From a virus: a DNA stretch of 64,000 bases. Each line of letters starts with the position of its first letter. The stretch's first letter is position 1. Both the position numbers and the translations under genes were made by a program. The notes below the pieces were generated by a model, which did no database searches, was not told the DNA's origin, and saw only the letters and a list, made by a program, of their open reading frames with translations. Positions 1 through 6,772 of the stretch are shown piece by piece. Where the stretch lies: positions 32,001 through 96,000 of IMG/VR virus record IMGVR_UViG_3300037487_001184. The stretch is one strand, 5' to 3'.

Positions 1-12
1 TTAAAGTTTGCT

Positions 13-204
13 TTGTATCACATGCTAAAAGAAGAGCGGGCTTTATTTAACAAAATCACTCCTTCGGACATTAAAGAGGTGAGTGAATACATAGACCAGA
101 TTGGAATATGGGATAGGTATAAACCACCGATAAATATACCGTTGTGGATAAAAGGTATGCGGCAGGATTACATTAACAGAAAACCTATATGGAGTGAGTT
201 TTAA
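13..204 (+). CDS. hypothetical phage protein (may start before the window)
   Basis: ORF whose stop overlaps the next start (TAATG); no motif recognised. Confidence 0.5.
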   Translation: MYHMLKEERALFNKITPSDIKEVSEYIDQIGIWDRYKPPINIPLWIKGMRQDYINRKPIWSEF

Positions 205-395
205 TGGAACTTAAATCAGAGGAAGATTTTACAGGGGAGGAGTTTTGGGATACCTTCAAGGTTGAATTTAAAGCGATGGTTATAGGATTAAAGAACCAAC
301 ATCCTTACTTGACATTCGAGATGATACAGGACTGCCTTTTAGGTATCCTATTGGCGCACCAACAAAGGATATTAGGAGTAAAAGATGATGGATGA
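204..395 (+). CDS. hypothetical protein
   Basis: GGAG Shine-Dalgarno, coupled to both neighbours. Confidence 0.6.
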   Translation: MELKSEEDFTGEEFWDTFKVEFKAMVIGLKNQHPYLTFEMIQDCLLGILLAHQQRILGVKDDG

Positions 396-585
396 TCCAA
401 TTAATCCTGCTCACTACACCAAACGCTCTATAATGCCAGTGGATGTTGCTGAAGACTGGGAACTTAACTTCAACCTTGGGTGTGTAATAAAATACCTAGC
501 TCGGTACAAAGATAAAGGTGGTATGACAGATTTACGTAAAGCATTGTGGTATTTAAAAAGAGAAATAAACAGGGAGGAAGTATGA
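385..585 (+). CDS. DUF3310 (SaV-like) phage protein
   Basis: D-P-I-N-P-A-H-Y, FNLGCVIKYLARY.DKGG..DLRKALWYL signature. Confidence 0.85.
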   Translation: MMDDPINPAHYTKRSIMPVDVAEDWELNFNLGCVIKYLARYKDKGGMTDLRKALWYLKREINREEV

Positions 586-1088
586 AGCGTGTATATATTG
601 CTGGACCATACAACGCAGACAATGTTATAGACGTTCTTAACAACATGCGACGCGGTATAAGAATATCAGTGGAGCTGCTCACACAAGGGTTTGCTCCCTT
701 CTGCCCTTGGTTGGATTATAACTTTCAGCTACAGGCAGAATTAACTATTAAGCAATTCAAAGATTTTAGTATGGCATGGGTCCAAGTGAGTGATGCTATA
801 TTTATGATAACCGGGTGGGAAAATTCCGGAGGTGCTATAGCAGAAAAGGAAGAAGCAGAACGCCTGGGCATCCCAGTGTTTTATGATCTAGATAGTTTAC
901 TAGCACGGGGAAAGCCTAAAACTTGTCATGAGTGCAACGATTCGACAAACCTTCGAGAATGTGATAAAGGAAGATGGTTAGATGAGAATACCTTTTGTTA
1001 CTGTAACCTTATTCACCAAGCAGTATCAAAGGAGGATTTTTGTTCGTCTTGGAGGTCTAATGATAAAACGAATGCCCATGATATTTAA
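582..1088 (+). CDS. DUF4406 / nucleoside 2-deoxyribosyltransferase-like protein with Cys-rich C-terminus
   Basis: RVYIAGPY, SDAIFMITGWENSGGAIAE; GGAGG upstream of ATG 582. Confidence 0.75.
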   Translation: MKRVYIAGPYNADNVIDVLNNMRRGIRISVELLTQGFAPFCPWLDYNFQLQAELTIKQFKDFSMAWVQVSDAIFMITGWENSGGAIAEKEEAERLGIPVFYDLDSLLARGKPKTCHECNDSTNLRECDKGRWLDENTFCYCNLIHQAVSKEDFCSSWRSNDKTNAHDI

Positions 1089-1269
1089 GGGGGGTGTAGT
1101 ATGGATAGACCTGAAAGAAGAGGGCGATCTTTTCATAGGAGAGTGTAAGGAACTTGGTTTGCAAGTAGAGGCACATCTTGAGAGCGGAGCCATAAAGAAG
1201 ATGCGAGGTCTGTTAGAGTTTCATGGATTAGGTTACGATGAATGTTTTGAAAGAGGTGGCAATGAATGA
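1060..1269 (+). CDS. small HicB-like (partial RNase H fold) protein
   Basis: EEGDLFIGECKELGL resembles the HicB N-terminus; GGAGG before ATG 1060. Confidence 0.45.
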   Translation: MIKRMPMIFKGGVVWIDLKEEGDLFIGECKELGLQVEAHLESGAIKKMRGLLEFHGLGYDECFERGGNE

Positions 1270-1468
1270 GTTTGAGGCTGAGAATTTCAATGTAAAAATA
1301 GACCGCGCATATTTAGCCGGGATACTGAAAGGTGTATCTACGTGTAAAATGATGTATGCTAGTTCTCCTAAGAAGGATGAACTTCAACCGGCATTTGATT
1401 CACTTATCGAGTACGTGAAGGCTGACCTAGCTATGAGCTTTCCGAATAGTGAGATACCACGTGCATAA
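1262..1468 (+). CDS. hypothetical protein
   Basis: GAGG Shine-Dalgarno, coupled ORF. Confidence 0.55.
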   Translation: MNEFEAENFNVKIDRAYLAGILKGVSTCKMMYASSPKKDELQPAFDSLIEYVKADLAMSFPNSEIPRA

Positions 1469-2024
1469 TCTAGCAAATCATATTAAAATGTACCCGCACT
1501 CAGCAATCATGGAAAAAGAAGGTAGGCTTTATGGGCAGTGGATAATAGGAAACAACTACCGGGCTACACAACCATATCATGGTTCTTACCCTCCATCATA
1601 TGTGGAGCGCGTTAAATCTTTATTCCCAGATAATAAAAAGATACTGCATCTATACTCTGGGATGGTCCAACCAGCAGAAGGAGAACAGACATTCGATATA
1701 AATCCTGCCTTAAATCCCACAAAGTGTGGTAAAGCTGAGGAGTTATCTAATTATTTTTCTGAAAACGCTTTCAACTTGGTCATGTGTGACCCGCCATATA
1801 CTCCAGCAGACGCTGCTAAATATGGTGCCAAGATGCCTATCACGTACAGAGTTATGTCCGAGCTGTATAAAATCGTGGAGGTGGGGGGCGTAGTCGTGTG
1901 GCTTTGCACAAGAATACCACTTTGGAAGAAAGTTGAGTGGAAACTACTCGGAGTGATAGGGCTTTTTTGTGGCACTAATAGGGTGTATCGTGCCGTTGTT
2001 CTACTTCAAAAAATTAATGCTTGA
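1449..2024 (+). CDS. putative amino (N6-A/N4-C) DNA methyltransferase
   Basis: LHLYSG motif-I-like stretch and DPPY catalytic motif IV. Confidence 0.7.
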   Translation: MRYHVHNLANHIKMYPHSAIMEKEGRLYGQWIIGNNYRATQPYHGSYPPSYVERVKSLFPDNKKILHLYSGMVQPAEGEQTFDINPALNPTKCGKAEELSNYFSENAFNLVMCDPPYTPADAAKYGAKMPITYRVMSELYKIVEVGGVVVWLCTRIPLWKKVEWKLLGVIGLFCGTNRVYRAVVLLQKINA

Positions 2025-2048
2025 CAAAAAATTCTAAAATGGTATAAT
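2021..2048 (+). promoter_or_regulatory. sigma70-type promoter for the HNH/Y RNA/tRNA/Ro60 locus
   Basis: TTGACA-16 nt-TATAAT with extended -10 TG. Confidence 0.75.
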
Positions 2049-2146
2049 ACCCCCTAGTTTGGAAGCAGATAATTTTTGAAGAAGGTAGGAATGGTGTTGT
2101 TATAAACTTTCCTACCTACCCTTAAAGTAATACTGGACACTATAAG

Positions 2147-2710
2147 ATGATTTATAATAAAGAAATAAAACTAAATCTATCTGGCTCACGTAGGTACTAT
2201 TACTTTTTTGATGCAGACCATCCACTAAGCAATAAGACTGGGAGGATTCTGTATCACCGCCACGTTGCATCTCTAAAAATAGGAAGATGGTTAACATGTG
2301 ATGAGCATACTCATCACATAGATGGAAACTCATTGAATAATGACCCGGATAATATCACAGTGCTGTCTAGATCAGAGCACAGTAGAATACACAACCCAAA
2401 ACAGCTTTGCGCTATTAATTGTATATTATGTGGGAAGCTGTTTACCCCCCTCAAATCGAAGACTAAATTCTGCGGGACCAAATGTAGAATAGAATCCTAC
2501 AAAAAACTGTATATTCCTAAAGAAGAATTAGCTTCACTGGTTTGGGAAATGCCTTCCTCAAGGGTGGCTGAGCTACTGGGAGTATGTGATAGTGCTATCG
2601 TTAAGCTTTGTAGAAAGTTAGAAGTTAAAAAACCCCCAAGAGGGTACTGGGCAAAAGTTTATGCGAGTGAGAATGCCCTCATGTCGAATATAGGAGTTAC
2701 TTCATGCTAA
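2147..2710 (+). CDS. HNH endonuclease with zinc finger and HTH-like C-terminus
   Basis: HRHV...HHIDGNSLNNDPDNI...SEH; CILCG..FCGTKC. Confidence 0.85.
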   Translation: MIYNKEIKLNLSGSRRYYYFFDADHPLSNKTGRILYHRHVASLKIGRWLTCDEHTHHIDGNSLNNDPDNITVLSRSEHSRIHNPKQLCAINCILCGKLFTPLKSKTKFCGTKCRIESYKKLYIPKEELASLVWEMPSSRVAELLGVCDSAIVKLCRKLEVKKPPRGYWAKVYASENALMSNIGVTSC

Positions 2711-2741
2711 GAAAATACTCCTATAGCTTACTCACTGAGGG
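2676..2741 (+). ncRNA. Y RNA-like element 1 (short; AU-GCU-AA loop)
   Basis: CCCTCA/TGAGGG terminal stem, GTCGAA motif, TATAGGAGT/ACTCCTATA inner stem, shared TACTTC. Confidence 0.65.
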
Positions 2742-2754
2742 ACCAAATATAGAA

Positions 2755-2833
2755 ACGCGTGGCGATAACAAGTGGTTACTTCATAACTCATAGGGATATG
2801 TATTAACGGACCATTTGTAATATCTTCCCGCGT
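2755..2833 (+). ncRNA. Y RNA-like element 2 (short; CU-CAU-A in loop)
   Basis: ACGCG/CGCGT stem, GGCGATA, ACAAGTGGT/ACCATTTGT inner stem, TACTTC. Confidence 0.7.
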
Positions 2834-2841
2834 ATTATTAA

Positions 2842-2918
2842 AACTTCGTGGCGATAGATGTGGGTTACTTCATCTCCAAAATGAGCGACAATACCTACAT
2901 CGGAAATTCCCCGAAGTT
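2842..2918 (+). ncRNA. Y RNA-like element 3 (short; CU-CCA-AA loop)
   Basis: AACTTCG/CGAAGTT stem, GGCGATA, GATGTGGGT/ACCTACATC inner stem, TACTTC. Confidence 0.7.
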
Positions 2919-2930
2919 ACTTTCATTAAC

Positions 2931-3002
2931 ACTTCGTGGCGGCAGATACGGGTTACTTCATCTGAATTGAAACCATAACCTGCATCGCAAATTCCCCGAA
3001 GT
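2931..3002 (+). ncRNA. Y RNA-like element 4 (short; CU-GAA loop)
   Basis: ACTTCG/CGAAGT stem, GGCGGCAG, GATACGGGTTA/TAACCTGCATC inner stem, TACTTC. Confidence 0.7.
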
Positions 3003-3013
3003 TAAGTCTATTA

Positions 3014-3127
3014 AACGTGCGGCGGCTGTATCAGGTACTTCGTGTAACTGGTTAAACACTCTTCCTAATCGGGAGACTTTCTGGGTTCAAATCCCAGAGT
3101 ACCCCTGATACAAATAATACCCACGTT
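3014..3127 (+). ncRNA. yrlA: YrlA-type Y RNA with tRNA-like domain
   Basis: AACGTG/CACGTT and TGTATCAGG/CCTGATACA stems enclose a D arm (GTGT AACTGGTTAA ACAC), an anticodon-like arm and a T arm (CTGGG TTCAAAT CCCAG); no CCA end; Ro60 gene nearby. Confidence 0.8.
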
Positions 3128-3139
3128 ACTAAAATATAT

Positions 3140-3198
3140 CCTTGTGCCCGGATTAATTTTCCACCGAGCAATAAGCTCAACAGCACAGGGAGTTTTTT
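3140..3198 (+). other. structured element (three-way junction plus T-tract), possible terminator or leader
   Basis: CCTTGTGC/GCACAGGG closing stem with internal GGA/TCC and GAGC/GCTC hairpins, then TTTTTT. Confidence 0.4.
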
Positions 3199-3211
3199 AA
3201 TGGGTGATTAA

Positions 3212-3382
3212 ATGACAAAAGATGAAACCATAAAACGTCTTTCTTCGTCTCTTTATGACGCAGCCTCTAACCGCCAAGAAGATAAATCCCCAGAAGCAGT
3301 ATTGAAAACTGTCTCACAGTGGTTAGAAGAATTACCTACTGAGATGGAAAAGCTATTGAAAGAGAAAGAATCGGCTGGTTAG
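3212..3382 (+). CDS. small hypothetical protein (56 aa, not in the ORF track)
   Basis: MTKDETIKRL...ESAG*; GGTG upstream; abuts the HNH start. Confidence 0.5.
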   Translation: MTKDETIKRLSSSLYDAASNRQEDKSPEAVLKTVSQWLEELPTEMEKLLKEKESAG

Positions 3383-3384
3383 TG

Positions 3385-4032
3385 ATGCTAGACCTAACTA
3401 ATAAAAAATTTAATCGGCTGACAGTAGACTCTTTTGTGGGTAGGGATAATTTTCGAGACTCTGTATGGTCCTGTGTCTGTGATTGCGGGAATATTGTAGA
3501 AGTCACAGGAGGCAATTTAAAAAAGGGGAACACAAAGTCCTGCGGATGTCTAAAAAAAGAAGTAAAAAATGAACATAAGATTAAACACGGTCACGCACAA
3601 CACGGAGTAAAGAGCAAAGTGTATACGTGCTGGATAAGTATGATACAGAGATGCTATAACCCCAATAGGGATGGTTATAAAAACTATGGTGGCAGGGGAA
3701 TCAAAGTCTGTGAAAGATGGCACATCTTTGAGAACTTCTATAATGATGTGGGTGATTGTCCAGAAGGTTTAACATTGGATCGCGAGGACAACAATAAGGA
3801 CTACGCTCCTGAGAATTGTAGGTGGGCTACCAACAAGGAACAAAGCAACAATACCAGAAGAAACCATCGTGTAACCTATAAAGGAGAAACTAAAACACTC
3901 TCCCAATGGGCGCAGGATCTAGGTATAAATAAAAGTAAATTAAGAAGGGATTGGATTAAGGTTGGTATTATAACTCCCCTACCAGCCGCCAAATATATTG
4001 CGGGAGTAGAAGATTACAGGCAGGTCTCATAA
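3385..4032 (+). CDS. free-standing HNH homing endonuclease
   Basis: DLTNKKFNRLTV, CVCDCG, SCGC, YGGRGIKVCERW, LDREDNNKDYAPENCRWAT. Confidence 0.88.
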   Translation: MLDLTNKKFNRLTVDSFVGRDNFRDSVWSCVCDCGNIVEVTGGNLKKGNTKSCGCLKKEVKNEHKIKHGHAQHGVKSKVYTCWISMIQRCYNPNRDGYKNYGGRGIKVCERWHIFENFYNDVGDCPEGLTLDREDNNKDYAPENCRWATNKEQSNNTRRNHRVTYKGETKTLSQWAQDLGINKSKLRRDWIKVGIITPLPAAKYIAGVEDYRQVS

Positions 4033-4070
4033 ACCAGCACATCCCGGAGCGTTACCGGGTCCCGCGACCA
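3999..4070 (+). tRNA. atypical tRNA-Met(CAT), initiator-like
   Basis: TGCGGGA/TCCCGCG acceptor, CT-CAT-AA loop, CCA end; degenerate D arm and AGCGTTA T-loop. Confidence 0.6.
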
Positions 4071-4073
4071 GAT

Positions 4074-4148
4074 GCTGGCGTAGTTCAATGGTAGAACAAT
4101 GGTTCTGTACTCCATTTGTTGTGGGTTCAACTCCTACCGCCAGCTCCA
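4074..4148 (+). tRNA. tRNA-Thr(TGT), atypical anticodon loop
   Basis: cloverleaf with CCA; loop TC-TGT-AC. Confidence 0.7.
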
Positions 4149-4154
4149 ACAAAT

Positions 4155-4230
4155 TCCCTGATAGCTCAGTTGGTAGAGCGGAAGGTTGAAGACCTTCGCG
4201 TCGTAGGTTCAATTCCTGCTCAGGGAGCCA
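4155..4230 (+). tRNA. tRNA-Phe(GAA)
   Basis: canonical cloverleaf, loop TT-GAA-GA, CCA. Confidence 0.92.
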
Positions 4231-4233
4231 AAT

Positions 4234-4320
4234 GCAGGAGTGGAGGAACTGGGATACTCAACGGACTTAAAATCCGTTGCCAGAAATGGATTGAGGGTTC
4301 AACTCCCTCCTCCTGTACCA
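4234..4320 (+). tRNA. tRNA-Leu(TAA)
   Basis: cloverleaf with long variable arm, loop CT-TAA-AA, CCA. Confidence 0.9.
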
Positions 4321-4326
4321 ATAAAC

Positions 4327-4403
4327 GGGGGCGTACTCCAATTGGAAGAGAGACAGGATTTAGACTCCTGCCAGTGTAGGCTCGTATCCTACCGCCCCTA
4401 CCA
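4327..4403 (+). tRNA. tRNA-Leu(TAG) with short variable arm
   Basis: cloverleaf, loop TT-TAG-AC, T-loop CTCGTAT, CCA. Confidence 0.75.
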
Positions 4404-4409
4404 AGTAAC

Positions 4410-4498
4410 GGGGGGTTAGCCTAGTAGCGAGGGCGGTTGGCTGTAACCCAACTACATATAATGAAACACTGGAAGTTCAACTCTTCCCCCACCCACCA
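4410..4498 (+). tRNA. tRNA-Tyr(GTA), mismatched acceptor stem
   Basis: GTTGG CT-GTA-AC CCAAC, long variable region, T arm, CCA. Confidence 0.72.
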
Positions 4499-4521
4499 GA
4501 ATGGCTGAATAAGCCTAAAGC

Positions 4522-4588
4522 GGAGCGGCGGAGACTAGAGATACTTCAAACTGTTACTTTGACCAAACTCTAGTCAACACTACCCTCC
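4522..4588 (+). ncRNA. Y RNA-like element 6 (short; CU-GUU-AC loop) just upstream of Ro60
   Basis: GGAG/CTCC stem, GGCGGAG, GACTAGAG/CTCTAGTC inner stem, TACTTC. Confidence 0.7.
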
Positions 4589-4626
4589 ACATCCTTTAAT
4601 TCCACCAACACATATGGGAGGCGAAC

Positions 4627-6192
4627 ATGTCAAGATTCAATCAAAAAGCTGTTAATCCGAGGGATACAATCAACCATGAGGGTGCAAAAGCTTATGGTAT
4701 GTTGAATCCAGAAATGGAACTGTACGCCAGGACCGCTAGTTATCTGGCACAGGACACCAACTACTGCAAGGTTGCTGATGCAAATGCGCGCATCAAGGAA
4801 CTTGTTGGCATCTGCGACAAGAACTTTGTTGGTAGACTTGCAGGGTACTTGAGACATCAGATGTATCTCAGGTCCACACCCATCTTGTTACTGACTTATC
4901 TTGCACAGTGCGGGAAGCTGGAAGCGTGGATGGTGCAAGATGTCATCTCTAGGGCTGACGAGATTAAAGAGTTGCTTGCAGCATGGCAGCAAGAGACTGG
5001 CAGAAGGGACCTAAAGAAGCTTCCGAAGGCTATGCAGAATGGTATTGCAAAAGCATTCGGTAAGTTTAACGCGTTCCAGTTCAGGAAGTACAACAAGCAG
5101 GGCAGAGAGGAAATCACATTCCTCGATGCTATGCGTATCACCCATCCGAAGCCCATGAATGAGGAGCAGAATACCACTTATAAGGCTATTAAAGAGGGTA
5201 ATCTCCCACCGATTGAAACATGGGAAACCGTGCTATCATCTGGTATGAATAAGAGAGAAGCGTGGGAGCTACTTATCAAGGGGCACAAGCTTCCCTACAT
5301 GGCACTTCTACGTAACCTGGTTAATATTTCTAAAGCCGATGTTGATAATGTCTATATTGATATGGTTGTTAGCCAACTCACCAACAAAGATGAGATTCTC
5401 AGGTCTAAGCAGTTCCCGTTCAGATGGACTGCTGCTCACGACCAGCTAGAGCTTATGGGAGGAAACCAATTCATTACCACCGCATTCCAGCGCGCACTTG
5501 AAGAGGCTCTGAAGACTTCAGTACAGAACATTGCTGGGCTTAACTTGAAACAGAACACTATAATAGCTTGTGATGTGTCAGGGTCCATGCGTAATCCACT
5601 CAGCGTTAAGTCTAAAATTCAGCTTGTAGATGTGGGTTTGCTTATGGGTAAGTTAATTAGCGCGCATAATCCCAGGTCTTTGTATGGTGTGTTTGGTGAC
5701 ATCTGGATGCCTGTACATAGTGGCTCCTCTGTTCTAGAGAAAGCTTACTATGACCCCCACCAGATAGGGTTCTCCACACAGGGGCATAAGGTTATTGATT
5801 GGGCTGCAGATAACAACATAAAGGCAGAGGTGTTCATGTTCTTCTCAGACATGGAAATTTATTCCCTTTCTGATAAGGACTTCTTTCGTAGTACCTCTAG
5901 ATTGTATCTACCCATTACTAACACAGTTACTTGGGATGAAAGGAGAGCATCATTTAGAAAATCATGGAACAATTATAAGAAGCTTATGCCTAACGCTAAG
6001 TGTTACTTGTTTGATTTATCTTCTTATGGCAGCACACCAGTTGATGTTCAGCGTGATGATGTTATCTTCTCTTCTGGTTTTTCTGAGAAGATATTTGAAG
6101 TGCTGGATGGTACTGGAAACTGGAACGAAACACGAACTAAAATAATGATGGGAGCTAGTAAAGTAAGGGAGGAGGAAATGCAGCATGAGTAA
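4627..6192 (+). CDS. rsr: Ro60/TROVE-domain RNA-binding protein (Rsr) with vWA domain
   Basis: N.EGAKAY, YLRHQMYLRS.P, RADE, F..FQFRKY, ETWE, LPYMALLRNL, QFPFR, DVSGSM MIDAS. Confidence 0.93.
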   Translation: MSRFNQKAVNPRDTINHEGAKAYGMLNPEMELYARTASYLAQDTNYCKVADANARIKELVGICDKNFVGRLAGYLRHQMYLRSTPILLLTYLAQCGKLEAWMVQDVISRADEIKELLAAWQQETGRRDLKKLPKAMQNGIAKAFGKFNAFQFRKYNKQGREEITFLDAMRITHPKPMNEEQNTTYKAIKEGNLPPIETWETVLSSGMNKREAWELLIKGHKLPYMALLRNLVNISKADVDNVYIDMVVSQLTNKDEILRSKQFPFRWTAAHDQLELMGGNQFITTAFQRALEEALKTSVQNIAGLNLKQNTIIACDVSGSMRNPLSVKSKIQLVDVGLLMGKLISAHNPRSLYGVFGDIWMPVHSGSSVLEKAYYDPHQIGFSTQGHKVIDWAADNNIKAEVFMFFSDMEIYSLSDKDFFRSTSRLYLPITNTVTWDERRASFRKSWNNYKKLMPNAKCYLFDLSSYGSTPVDVQRDDVIFSSGFSEKIFEVLDGTGNWNETRTKIMMGASKVREEEMQHE

Positions 6193-6430
6193 ATTACTAA
6201 TTATTATCCTAGTGTTATTTGGAGCAGCTCAAAGCTGGGCACAAAGCAAGGATGTTAGGAACAGCAGCGGTGAGCTAGTTCAGGTATGGCGGCAACAGGG
6301 TAATCAGACTGATGTAAGAAGCGGAGATAACGAACTGTTGTATACACGTAACAGACAGGGTAACACTGTTACTATACGAAGCGCATCAGGAGAGGAAGAA
6401 GGGAGCGAGTACTACGATGACAGGGATTAA
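6185..6430 (+). CDS. small secreted protein with internal repeats
   Basis: signal peptide ending SWA; repeated DVR..SGEL...RQGN unit. Confidence 0.65.
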   Translation: MSKLLIIILVLFGAAQSWAQSKDVRNSSGELVQVWRQQGNQTDVRSGDNELLYTRNRQGNTVTIRSASGEEEGSEYYDDRD

Positions 6431-6740
6431 AAGTATACCACTGGGCAGCATTAATGACCTTAGCACACTCCTGGACGTATTGAACAGGAAACCAGGTAAA
6501 GAAAGAACCACCGATTACGGTGTTGGCGTACATGGGAGCATATTCATGGAGAATAAGAAGATAGACAGAAGAGTAGAAGCAGGACCACCGATAAATATCA
6601 TAACGATGAGACTAACCGAGAGTGAACTTTATACTCTACGCTGGGCTTTGCAGACTGCCATTACGCAGTCAAGGGAGGGTGACTTCAATCCTAAGACTAC
6701 TAAGGTAATCGAGAAGATTCTTAAAGGATTGGGTGACTAA
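6417..6740 (+). CDS. hypothetical protein
   Basis: coupled ORF ending just before the terminator. Confidence 0.6.
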   Translation: MTGIKSIPLGSINDLSTLLDVLNRKPGKERTTDYGVGVHGSIFMENKKIDRRVEAGPPINIITMRLTESELYTLRWALQTAITQSREGDFNPKTTKVIEKILKGLGD

Positions 6741-6745
6741 AAGAG

Positions 6746-6772
6746 AAAGCCCCCAGATGGGGGCTTTTTTTT
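6746..6772. terminator. intrinsic terminator between convergent transcription units
   Basis: AAAGCCCCC-AGAT-GGGGGCTTT followed by a T run; A-rich on the other side. Confidence 0.85.

Noticed and set aside
2083-2117. Hairpin AGGTAGGAA/TTCCTACCT as a seventh Y RNA-like copy or ribozyme, loosely similar to 3943-3990
   Set aside because: It lacks the GNCG and TACTTC motifs, and the similarity is too weak to support a call.
2676-3127. CRISPR array interpretation of the repeated TACTTC units
   Set aside because: The units are not identical direct repeats with unique spacers. They are self-complementary with compensatory changes, and no cas genes are present.
4027-4379. ORFs 4027-4212 (-) and 4116-4379 (+)
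   Set aside because: They are shadow ORFs over tRNA genes.
4327-4403. Amber suppressor tRNA or genetic-code reassignment
   Set aside because: The anticodon is TAG, which reads CUA (Leu), not CTA. Genes are intact under the standard code.
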